Origin: Ophelia neglecta
Lineage: Eukaryota
Direction: 5' to 3'
Assembly (NCBI GenBank): GCA_965285935.1
Contig: OZ260662.1
Coordinates: 64,790,001 to 64,854,000 of the forward strand
DNA: 64,000 bases
Notes under the pieces: generated by a model
What the model was told of the DNA's origin: nothing
Seen by the model: only the letters and a program-made list of their open reading frames with translations
Databases searched by the model: none
Made by a program: the position numbers and the translations under genes
Shown here: one piece after another, positions 1 through 11,966 of the stretch
Layout: each line of letters starts with the position of its first letter
How positions within the stretch are numbered: position 1 is the stretch's first letter

Positions 1-649
1 TTAAACTATGGTAGCAACTGCTTCCTGTAGTATGAAATACGAGATGCTAGAATGATAATAATTATTGATCTGTCCTCATTAGAATATGAGCTTTAATTGC
101 AAAAGCCGCGTCAATACTGAAGTCTTTAGAAGCCATCTGGGGAGAGTTTTGTTTCAGGCCATTTGTTTGTCCCTTCTCCGGTTGCTGAAAGCCTGTCCAA
201 AGATAATTTTGAGTGTCATATCGAAAACTGTAGTTGCCTATTTCTACAAACTGTGTTCCACTGGAATTCAACTTCTCTCAGATGTTATTTAATGCTCTTT
301 CCATTGACAAGTAGGCCTATACTTAATTATAGGGCCAATTTGGAGAGACTTGCTAGTTTGAAAACTTGTCAGAATATGTTACTGTAGCCTGCAATCCTGC
401 CTGCTTAAATATTGACAAAACGTAAGATTTTTACAATGGATTAGTTCAGCCACTTTGTTTCAAACAAAATGAATACCAAGTCATTCTTTGTGTGAATGTA
501 TCACAAAATAACATAATATTAAGGTCGGCATCATCAATGGGAGAGAACAATGAAAGATTTCCATACATATTGATACATTACTCCAAATGTTCAGGTTGGT
601 GGTAATTGTCAGTACGTAAGCCTTTGTAAACCATAAATCTTTATACTTG

Positions 650-718
650 GCTTTCAAATAATTAGCACATATTTTCTCCTTCGTCTTCGCTTTCAAATAA
701 TAAGCACATATTTTCTCC
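650..718. repeat. 39-bp period tandem duplication
   Basis: GCTTTCAAATAAT(T/A)AGCACATATTTTCTCC at 650 and 689. Confidence 0.85.
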
Positions 719-1520
719 CGGCTACACAATAACAAAGAAAGTCAACATTGCCTAAGGGCTTTTACTCCACGTCCTCCACATTTTAAAGAGTCATTTCTGC
801 TATAAGCCACGGTAAAGCCACAAAGAATTCAATTCTGTTGTGTAAAAATTCAAATAAAAAAGTAGATTGACGATAAAAAGAGTTCGTTTCTAAACTAGGC
901 CAGATGCATGCCATTTTGGAGAAGTTGAATTGGGTTTGAACTTGGATATCATGGTCAAAGCAACGATAGACAGCATGACGAATCGAACTCCAAATGCAAT
1001 CCCACTTCTATTGGCGAGGTGACAGTGTCGTTCATATGTCCATCATAGATATAATTGACTTCACAATCTTAAAAGGCAAAACATTATAGGTAAATATGCC
1101 GTATATTTATGTAGATCCAAGTATGCTATAATATAACGAGTTTTGATCGACATGAATAAATACACGGGATATTTACCTACCATCTTGTCATCTTGAGACA
1201 TATAGACCCATATCATAGGGTTATATGTGTCGGCGCGTTCTTTTCAAGATTAAAGCAATGGTTTATTTCTTTGTCAGAGCTCCCCTAGTTTATTAGGTCC
1301 ATATGTCTACTGCGATTTGATATGCAACACCCTTTGTAGGAACACTATTTATAAAGTGACATTTTAGTTGTACTGATTGGCCTGCTTTATTCAGGACGGC
1401 GTAGAGCTCTTCTGGGAAGATCATGCTATTTTCTCGATGTTTTAGTTTTATGAGCAGTGGTGATAATGGGGGAATGCAGGGCAAACATGACAAACAGGCG
1501 ATGTGTCGGTGTGATTTGTG

Positions 1521-1542
1521 CCCCCCCCCCCCCCCCCCCCCC
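1521..1542. repeat. Poly-C tract (similar tracts at about 2454-2471, 51659-51669, 63716-63733)
   Basis: Directly visible homopolymer runs. Confidence 0.9.
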
Positions 1543-2639
1543 AACTGGAAATACCAATCAACTACCGACGTAAGCCACCTTCACTATGTATAGGCAAACA
1601 ATGGTAAAAAACGTGCATGTTTGGACTATTTAAAGTATGGAGAGCACATGATAACGCTGAGATAAGAGCACATGTTAACGTTGGCAGCATTGGGAATATT
1701 ATGTGTCATTCCTTTATATTTGTTTTTATCGTGAGATTATGACTCCAAAGTGGGCAATTCTTATAATTCCAGAATCATGTTTTGTTCAAACTTTCAATTC
1801 GGATCTTTCGTACTTTTTAACTATGTAAGTTTATATATTGTTCTCAAGATGGCCCTTGATATCTTATAATCGTTCTCAAGGCCCGTTTTTGTAAATCGTT
1901 TGCGCCAAAATGGAAAATTACATGTTACTAACGCAATGGCAAGCGCTTGAAAACATTTCTATGATATTTTATTATCGCCCTGATGTTATTAATGGCATGA
2001 TAGGCCCTCAGATTACCAACAACGAATTCATCTATACTCTGCGAAAAAAATATTAAAGTTTCTGGCATAAAAGTCATGCCTACGCCTAATGTCAATTATA
2101 ATTCGTAGCATTAATTCAAATTACTGGTAACCATCAACTTATTGATCATCATGGCTGACTCAAGGAGAGTGACCTTCAAAAGTTTGTCCTGTTTTGCCCA
2201 TAGTATTGTTTGGCCCTCATAAGGAGATGTATATAAAGGAACATGTTTTGCAGCCTAATTAAGATGCCAATACATGAAAAATTTGTCCTGCAATGATACA
2301 GTCAGAGTTAGGGAAAAATCTATACAGATATGGCTGTTAAAAGTTTGATTGTCTATGTTCTCTTGTTGTTGCCTTAAAAATATCTCACTGTTCAAAGAGA
2401 AACATCGTGATTATTTCACCCTTAGGCGTCTGGTACCGGTCTTGCCCCGCCTTCCCCCCCCCCCCCCCCCCGAGCGGTTGTGGGTGGCCACTCAAGTACG
2501 ACCTTAGTGGGAGGAATGGTTCGTATAAGGCGTAATTGACTTTATGTCTTTGGCAAAGCAAATTCTGAATCGTGGAAATATTAAAGTAAGCAATGGAATT
2601 TTTTAAAGCAATAATAGGTAAATTGGTTTCTTATGAAGA

Positions 2640-4310
2640 AGAATTTGACAGATGGAGTAGGTATGATGACCGCTCAAAGACTGATTGATACTGTGTGATT
2701 ACGTGTGAACAAACCACAGTGTTGTCTGTCGTAACTGATGTCTCCATAGTCTACATATATCAGTACAAATATAAAAAGGTCGTCTCCTTTTCTCTCGCAA
2801 TGACCACTGTCTTGACGGACAAGTTAGTAACAGTTTACACTTTAGACGTCTGCGACGACAGATGTCAAAACGGAGAAAAGAAAATGAAATTGCATCATTG
2901 AAATAATCTTTAACATATGAACAGTTGAAAGAAGCATTATTATAAAAGATATTTGGCTTCCAACTGTCTGATGAGTTTTGGCCACAGTTACAAAGCCAGT
3001 TTGCGTGACTTGTTTTGAATACGGCTAACAAATCAAAGGCGTGGCGCCACTCTTCTGACAAGTTGATAAAATGGCACATCGTCACTGACATTTTGATCAA
3101 AATGGACAAACAAAAAATTATTGACCTTAAAAGAAGGCGCATTCGGTACCTTGCTAGACAAATATTTAAGCGTCAGCTAATGGACGGGACCAGCAGTCCA
3201 CCCGGTTCATTTCCAGTTTTCTCCTCTTCCTACAAAAGGACTCATGGCAAGATAATAAATTTAAAGGGTCGTTCTATACACTTAGGATAGGCCTGATAAT
3301 TATTTTCTTTCCTTTCACAAAGTTCAAACCTAGCTTGGAGGATTATGGTCATTATTTTCATTATCAGATTATTAGTTCTTTAAGAACTGTTTGACCCTAG
3401 TAGACCTAGCTTCATTTTGAGCTTAAATGATACATTGTGAATTGACAGAAAGCTATCAATAGCTTTTGTTTGGTGTCAGGATCCTTCAGTACCGAAGTGA
3501 CCGTATCGATGTGGTTTGGCTTCTAAATGAACCTCACTGCGATATCTACGGTCAGTGTTCATTGAAATTAAGATAGACATGAATTCATGCACACTGGCGA
3601 AGTCTTCATCGTCTATATGGACACTCAGTTGTTTGTGTGATTTTACAAACTTTAACAATGCTTGGCACTTAGCGTGAACCTCTGCTGGGGCCTGCTATTT
3701 TAATAACACAATGTTAACTATTAGCTCTTACAGTGCAGTGGTTGTGTGCATTCAAAACTTATTCTTGTCTCTTCGGGCAAATATTTATCCATCTAGCATG
3801 TTCAATTGTGGCTTTTAAATCAGCCTGGGTCTTGTTTTGGGGGCTGTCAGGATCGTGCGAGACGAGATGTGACCACCCAATGGTCGCAGCGTGCTGGTCA
3901 CTTCGCTATTCTTTTCCGGAGAATACGGTGTTGAACATGGGCCGGCCACCACCTGCAACAAGGGGCCCCTGCCACGATGATCAAAGAGAACATACAAGTA
4001 TACCTCAGAGAAACACAGCCATCGCTATTCTATTTTCAAGGGAACAAACAACGTCTAGTTGGAATAGAGCATATTTCATTGCCATTGTCAAAGGTGAATT
4101 TCAGCGAGTAGATGAAGAAATAACGAACTGCACACATATTTTCAAAGTGAATCCTGTGAATTAGTTGTTGATAATGGGCAAACCAGCCCGAGTAAACTTG
4201 ACAGGACACACCTGCGGGTTTGGGTCAATAGCAGAGAGTCGGGGAGGGATGGCCGAGAGAGGCGGGGACATTGAAAGCCGTAGGGTGTCCGAGGCCACCT
4301 GACTATCTCA
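2640..4310. pseudogene. Possible decayed coding sequence (transposon relic?) with two convergent stop-interrupted frames
   Basis: The + frame at about 2775-3185 reads ...RRQMSKRRKENEIASLK*SLTYEQLKEALL*KIFGFQLSDEFWPQLQSQFA*LVLNTANKSKAWRH...; - strand pieces at 4310-3476 also read protein-like with scattered stops. No family recognised. Confidence 0.25.
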
Positions 4311-6780
4311 AAAAAGATCACAGCCGTAGCAATAATTCCACAAGTTTGTTTTATAAAATATGTGCTAAGCTCCGATAACTCTCATTGGCAACCAATGCTT
4401 TATGCATTCATTGCTCATATCCATAATTGCAGCATTTGTGCCATTATTTTACCGAGCGAGTGTGATGATTACATATGTGAGTGTAGCAGTTGATGGCAAG
4501 TGACTAGATTTGAATTGTTCATCTTTGTTATAGGTGATTGAGTCATAAATAAGCTAGAAGTAATTCCCCCAGGTATCTGTCAGTCGGGCATTGTGATCTA
4601 TACCATCTTAGACGCCCAATATGAAATCTAATTTCCGACTACTGAACTACCCGTTGACACGTAGCGTCGTTTATAAAGCCATAGGTGTTGTTGCCAATGG
4701 ACAAGCTGGAGGGACTTAGGAGTGGGTGATTCAGAGGTCCGGGGGGTTGAGGACCCAGGGCGTGGGAATCCGGTCAACGCCGTCTCTCCTCCTGTCAGGT
4801 GACAGCAATGATGAGACCCAGATTGCCGTATTCTGTAAAAGGACATTATGAAATCTTGTAGAGTCTAATGGAAAGATAATGTCAGAGCCTCTGGCGACCA
4901 TCTTACATCCATTCAGCACCTGTGGGTCACCGTCTTTTATTGCCGGGGAACCACTTCAGACAGTAGGAGGCAATATGCCAATATGGCCATCTTTCATTGG
5001 GGGACACGTGGGGAGCTGGTTTACCTCTCAGGTGCTGCCATATCCGTATTGTAAACATCATTAAGGCGTCATTAGCATTCCAAATTAAGGTAAATTGGTT
5101 GGTTAAACTCGCCACCTTAATCGGCCCTCTTGTCTTTTTTGTGGCCATCCATTAAACCACCCATGGGAAAATCTAACTTCAATGATTACAGAAGGACGAA
5201 AGGTTACTTAGTATACGAAAACTAGCTGTTCCAGTTGATTCCTTCGCATTAATTTGCAATTTCACTGTAATGACTAGTAAATGATTATTAGTTTCTCAAT
5301 GCCCCATGCTGTCCACGAGAGAATGTTGTAAGGGAATTCTTGTGAGCACACTACTTGGTTATTCGCTTTGCAACGTCCCAAGATGATTAAAATACGAGTT
5401 AGCGGCATACATGAAAGACTGAAATTAAACTTTCGAAAGTAAACAATGGTCCTAGATTTGTTCTTGTTGTTAGTTATAAAAGACCTTGGTAAGTCGTTGC
5501 AATAAGCAACGCATATCTGAGAAGGTTTCATAAATCTATATTGTCATGTCTTAAGACCACACATCTCGTTGGCTGGCAGTGTCCATTGTAGTTTCAGATG
5601 ACAACTCGAGATTCAATATCTCGGGAGCCAATGGGGCAGTAAAACTTACTGCAATTACCTTTAGTATCAATAATTGGCTTTTTATAGGAGTTGAATAGTT
5701 TCTAATGTACGCTCTTAACTCCCCTTTACAAGAGACGTAATTCGAGATAAGAGATGTATTGCCCAGGTCTGTTAAGGATGCTGACAAGGCTATTGTTTGT
5801 GTGTCATAAGCTCACTTCACTGTGCCATAAAACATTTTATCAGTCAAGAGCATCAGTTATGATATTAAGAGACGGGAATAGTCTCGGACGCGCCCGTCTT
5901 AACAGTCCACTGCAAAAATGTTCTGCATTTTCAAGAACAATGAGTGTCATCTGATAGTGATTTCCTTTGCTTCAAAGTATTCGGTTGTCTACTCGAGTAT
6001 TGTTGTCACCCATTATCCACTTTTTATGTCGAACCTCCTAATTCCACGTGGGTGTCAACATAGTCTAGAAACCCGAGCCGCAAATAAAGCCAACTATAGT
6101 GCAATTTAAACAAACCGCCAACCATATGGTTACCAAGACAATTTTATACAATCTAGTGTCTTTTGGGGTAATGGGTACCATACGCACACGCTGTCTGAAT
6201 TTCAAAACGAAGCAACAAAATACCGAATAGTCCTGACCTTTTTTAGTACACTATTTTGGGGGAAGAACAAGGAAGCTATGATTCCAAACTTTTTTACTGC
6301 CTGGACTGCAACCTAGCCATACAGCAGTCTTAAAAGATTGTGCTGTAAGCCAGAAAGAATGGTCTAAAATACATATACAGTAACACATATATAATACATG
6401 GTCAACGAACATATCGATAGGCCTAATGTTAAAGATATACATTACTATTATAAACCTGTAATATAACAGATTCAAGGATACAATTATATGTCTCCCCTGT
6501 AACCCATATAAAGGGGCTAATAGATTTAAATTATAACTATGCAACGGTCTTTTTGGCGCGTACTGTAACCCCGATACAACGTTCTTTGTGGCGGTTAGTG
6601 TAAATTATAAAATCCGAGGTCTTATAGATTTGTACTGTAACCCAAACACAACGGTAGTATAGGCTTGTGCTGTTACCCAAATACAACAATCTTATAGTCT
6701 TGTTTTGTAACCGCAAGTGGGCCTACAATGGTACTATATGCTTCTAGGTCTACTGTAGTCCAGATACAGTAATCTTATAG

Positions 6781-7414
6781 ATCTGCACGGTACCCCATAT
6801 ACCAGGGAAACCTCTTTGGTCCAATGACATATCTGTACTGTAACCCAGATACCAGGGAAACCTCTTGGGTCCTTTGACCGATCTGTACTGTAAGCCAGAT
6901 AACAGAAAAACCTCTTTGGCCCTTTGACAGATCTGTAATGCAACCCAGATACCAGGGACACCTCTTGGGTCCTTTGACAGGTCTGTACTATTACCCAAAT
7001 CCCAGGGAAACATCTTGGGTCCTTTGACAGGTCTTTAATGTAACCCAGATACCAGGGAAACCTCTTGGGTCCTTTTACAGATCAGATCTCCATTGTACCC
7101 CAAATACCATGAAACCCTCTTGGGCCCTTTGACAGGTCTGTACTATAACCAAGATCCCAGGGAAACCTCTTGGTCTTTAAAAGATCTGTCCTGTAACCCG
7201 GATACCAGGGAAACCCCTTGGGTCCTTTTACAGATCTGTCCTGTAACCCATGGGTTGACAGATCTTTAATGTAACCCAGATACCAGGGAAACATCTTTGG
7301 TCCTTTGACAGATCTGTACTATAACCCATATCCCATGGAAACATCTTGGGTCCAATGACAGGTCTTTAATGCAACCCAGATACCAGAGAAACCTCTTGGG
7401 TCCTTTTACAGATC
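6781..7414. repeat. 50-bp minisatellite, about 12-13 diverged copies
   Basis: Unit ATCTGTACTGTAACCCAGATACCAGGGAAACCTCTTGGGTCCTTTGACAG recurs at 6781, 6831, 6881, 6931, 6981, 7031 and onward. Confidence 0.95.
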
Positions 7415-9209
7415 TTCAAAGAAATAATATTTTCAGTTACATTTACAATTTACTTATAAACATGTGAACGTATATATATTCATACATGTCGACATAAACC
7501 TGATCGGTACATATACATGCGTAATTGCATGTGTCCTTCGTTTCGCATTCCACAGCAGCCCACAGGTAATGTCATATTGTGCGCATGGTTTTCATCAGAA
7601 TTAGCCCTGTTTAATAATTTTTGCAAAGAGTGAAATATTTGCAAGGAATATTTGATTTTGTGGCCCAGTCAGATTTTGGATACGTTATATTTAAACATCA
7701 TTGACATAAGTCAGGGTGTGTACCAATGTGCTATGGTTTTAAAGATATGTCAGTCGCCCTATCTTCTTGCCGAATACACACATAAAACACCACGTGTCAA
7801 TAAATTTATAACAGACAGGGAGCATGTTTTTATATGGAAATGTCCGCTCACCGTGGGAAAAGTTACAAATTGAACAAGAGGAGGAAGTACAGCGAGCCCC
7901 TTATAGAGTATAAAAATGTTTAAACCATCATCAAACGGGTTTAATCCTTTATCAATCAGCTAGTGTTGAAAGGTCGGTGACCCTTAAACGAAATTTTATG
8001 GGAATATTCAACCTAGATGATGATAATGGAGCTCTCGGGTGGTAACTTAGCGGCTTGATACATGTCCTCTCGTCTCAAGGGTTAACTAATCTGCCATAAA
8101 GCCGGGGTGAGCCTTTTTACCCACCGATCGAGCTCTATCCTCCCTGTGGGAAAAATACACAAACTGGAGGGCCCAAGTCAGAGTTATCACCCTGGGTAAA
8201 TAGATGAGAGGACCTGGGTCAATGTGTCTGTCATGTGATTGACTGGGAATGAATGGGGATGTTAGCCTCAGGTATGTAATGAGGGTATATAATCCACTCC
8301 TTAGCCACTTAGACTTTGTTGGTCCCGGCAAATAACGCTTCTTCCTCTCTGTCAACATTTCTTTTCAAATAATATTATGTCATCACGCTGACATCTATAT
8401 CTACAAGGCACCTCTTGAATCAGCAAACTTTGGGGGAAATAGAGCCCAACTTATAGCTTAAATTACGACTTTCAATATTTTTATATGCGAAGTGTATTAT
8501 ATGATATTCCCATCATTCAAAATGTGTTATCATACGATAAATGAATTGCTCTTTGGTTCTCTAAGCGTTAAACCCTAAGTAAATCTGAATGAGTTTGAAA
8601 AATATGGTTCTTTGCAGGATAAGAGATGTTTAATTGCTCCAGCAAAGCTCACACTGAGTTTGGAAGCAACAATAAAGTCAAATCTTTACACAAAGGAACA
8701 AAATCAATAAAATGCATAAAAAACTGCGAGACTTGGCATAATTCTTGATTTGTAAAGTTGATAAACTTCTTAATGCAAAGGAAATCATGTATTTCAAATT
8801 CATGCCTTACTATCTAAAATGATTATAAAGCATGTACTGTAATGTAGGCGACCCCATATATGTTTGGCAATATGGCAACATTGGCTAAATAAAATATGAC
8901 CAGGAACATAACATATTAATCATGTTGAGCTATTTTTATGCCCTCTGATGCCCTAGCCGGGGAAGGGGGTGGAATGGGTGGGAATGAAGGCGGCCGCTGT
9001 GATTGTATCCTTTAAATACGTTCATGCATAACTCATACTGTGTAGTGACTCCAATGCCTCTATGTAAATTATGAGCTGTCTTCTTGGACTTTATACCACG
9101 ACCTAACTTTTTGCTCCAGACCAGCCCATACTTGCTGCTTTTAATATAGTGGCAATTGGTATCCATAGTTAATGGGGGAATATCGGAGACCGCTAATGTA
9201 AAGTAGTAT

Positions 9210-9272
9210 ACGTTACTGGTTCCATGTTTAGCTCCGTCACGACGTTACGGGTTCCATGTTTAGGTCCGTCAC
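9210..9272. repeat. 32-bp tandem duplication
   Basis: ACGTTACTGGTTCCATGTTTAGCTCCGTCACG followed by ACGTTACGGGTTCCATGTTTAGGTCCGTCAC. Confidence 0.9.
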
Positions 9273-11579
9273 AACACCAGGTGCTTTATATTGATGGGCC
9301 CCTTGGGAGGAGCAATGACTGCATGATTAACTGGATGAAAACTGATCGGTACTGTGTACTAGGATAACGACTTGGACACAGAATCGCTCAATGCGCTTTA
9401 TTTTAAATTTGGGAAATTGACTCTTTTACCTCAAGATCAAATAACATGACTATGTTCAGGCAATAAAATGATTGTTATTCTTTTGTTTACAGACAGTGCC
9501 TGTAGACTAGATATTTATGAATAATCAAGAACTTCGTGACAATGCCAAACAGGTAGGCGTTGAAAATAAAATAAGTGACTAATGTGCGATAAAAAAGCCC
9601 TGGTTCTCGTTACTGAAATTGGACATCTCGTGCTTTTTTCAATTTTACTCTGATGTTTAATGAGTTTGTTCGGGGCTTTCCACCTTAAACAATGCTCCCC
9701 CTTCACCACCAAACCCTTGCGTTTCATCCTATTATGACTCGGATGATGCACGCGAAATATGTTTTTTTCTAACAACAAAGAAGATTGCCTGGGGGAGTAA
9801 CAGACGCGGATGGTAGATTGGGTGAATTTAAAGAAGATTTATGTGAGAAAAGTTCTCAAGTCATATGTTAACAGCGTGCGGCCTGGTGGGCACGCGACGG
9901 GGAAGCTACATTCCTCTAAAATTGTCGTCTGTTTCTGCTGGGCTCCGTCACGGAATGAGACAAGCACAACCGCGCATCAATTACAGCGCCGTTTACCTCC
10001 CCATCTCTGCAATCAGATGATAATGGCCGGAGAAAATCACCGTCTTGTGTGACCTGGAGTCATTTTCCACGTAAGAGCAAGAACGGTGATGATGTGGACT
10101 TAGCGCCAACTCGGGCACTGAATAAAGCCAAATCGAAGTTACCCCAGGCAAAGAAAGACCCATTATGCAATTTTCTGCAACGAGGTTACAAATTACCACA
10201 AATCCCGTTCTGTTTGAGGCAAAACTGTGAAATTACGTGCCCGGGACCAATTTTGGGTTTGACGAAGGTGTCTGGTGGTGAAAAGAGTCAATGTTTCCCC
10301 AGGGTGGTAATTTGCGAGACATTACGGCCATTTTAGAAAGTATTTGGAGGCGGCGGGTTGGGTAAGGTCGAGGTTTGCGTGGCATGTTGATGGTTGCATG
10401 TCATCTGCTTTGATATGACTTGGGGTGACAAGACCATGGCGAACAATGGAGGAAATTATACTGTCAGCCACCGACCGTGGCTTGTTCTAGAAAAAGTGTC
10501 TCAGTCTTACAACTGTGTACGTATGATACACGTCTTTGCTGTGTTTAATTTGAGTGGTCAAACAGACAAGTTGGTCATCGCGAGCAATAAATTGCTTGCG
10601 CACATCCGGCACGCACCCATGCAGATGAGTATGCGTGCCAAACGTACTTCCGTACAAAATGGTTCAAATATGGGTGAATACCTTTTCTGGTAATTCAAAC
10701 ATAATGTACGCAACAGTTCGGGTTTTTTTTTTTGGAAGAACTTAATTCTCAGTTTACTTCCGCGGGCTAGCGTCGGGCTGTCAAATAAAAGACATTTTAT
10801 AAATCACAGAATGTAATTGCCCAAGTATAGGCCCATTGTAGAACCTCGTTACGCAATCAATCATTTTTGAAGCATCCCATCCCCCTCATCTGAGAAACAT
10901 TGTCAACCAATGTCTCTACTTCGTAACCCACCATTGTCCATTTACGCTGGCGAGGAGAAGGCCATATTGAGGTAATATCTCAGACCAGACCTTGATTTGT
11001 CACCGCAATAAATCATTTCACCTCAGTACAGGCAAACGGCCGGAAGCTAAGTGAAATTTGAGAATATCAAATTCATCATCAACGTATTAATCATATAGAT
11101 ATATGTGGCACGATGGGCAAATGCAGTTCTGAGACAGGCAAAATGATATCAACAAATCTCTCCGTCTGGAGCAATCAGAAGAAATCATCGCCCGCCGAGA
11201 GCTTATTGTCTACATTACAATGTTTACCTTAGCTAATGATGTAATTCTTCTGTCCTATAGAATAATATCTGATCATGATTTGTCCATTTAGGGTGATAGG
11301 TCTTAATTGACACCGATTGCAATTTCTGTTCTTTTAGTTCAATGGCCACTCAGTGGTTTGCTTAAGAAGAGGGCGCAATTGAGGTCTCGGGACAGGATAA
11401 TTGAAATTATGTTAGACTCTTGATTGACTATATGGAACTACGTTTATAGTCTTGACTTCCTGGTGATAACAGATTGCCTGTCGAGACAGTTTAAATGTTA
11501 AGTTATTGGTGGAAACTAAAATAGGAAAGACCGAAATGCAATCATGTATTATTAATAGGCTATTATGAACGCACTTAGT

Positions 11580-11966
11580 CTACATAGATGATTTAATGAG
11601 CTATGCACAGCCTTGCTAACAACATCGTGGCGTAGATATACAGTTAATTTGATTAAGGTGCGAGGACAAAAACACTCTTCTAAAAGTAAAACACGATTTG
11701 AAGACAGCAGAGTGGACATTGCACAAACAAAACCTCATACAACACAGAGCTTAAACATTTAATATATTCATTCTCTATGACCTACATAGATGATTTAATG
11801 AGGAATGCACTGCCTTGCTAACAATATCGTGGCGTAGGTAAACAGTTATTCTGATTTGGGTCCGGGGACATAAAAACTCGTCTAAAAGTAAAACACGAAT
11901 TGAGGACAGCAGAGTGGACATTGCACCAAACCTTATTCAACACAGAACTTAAACATTTAATTATAT
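11580..11966. repeat. Tandem duplication of an approximately 200-bp segment (2 diverged copies)
   Basis: CTACATAGATGATTTAATGAG...GACAGCAGAGTGGACATTGCAC...CTTAAACATTTAA starting at 11580 and at 11782. Confidence 0.93.

Noticed and set aside
6734-7294. Repetitive ORFs on the - strand
   Set aside because: Translations of the 50-bp minisatellite; unit length is not a multiple of 3
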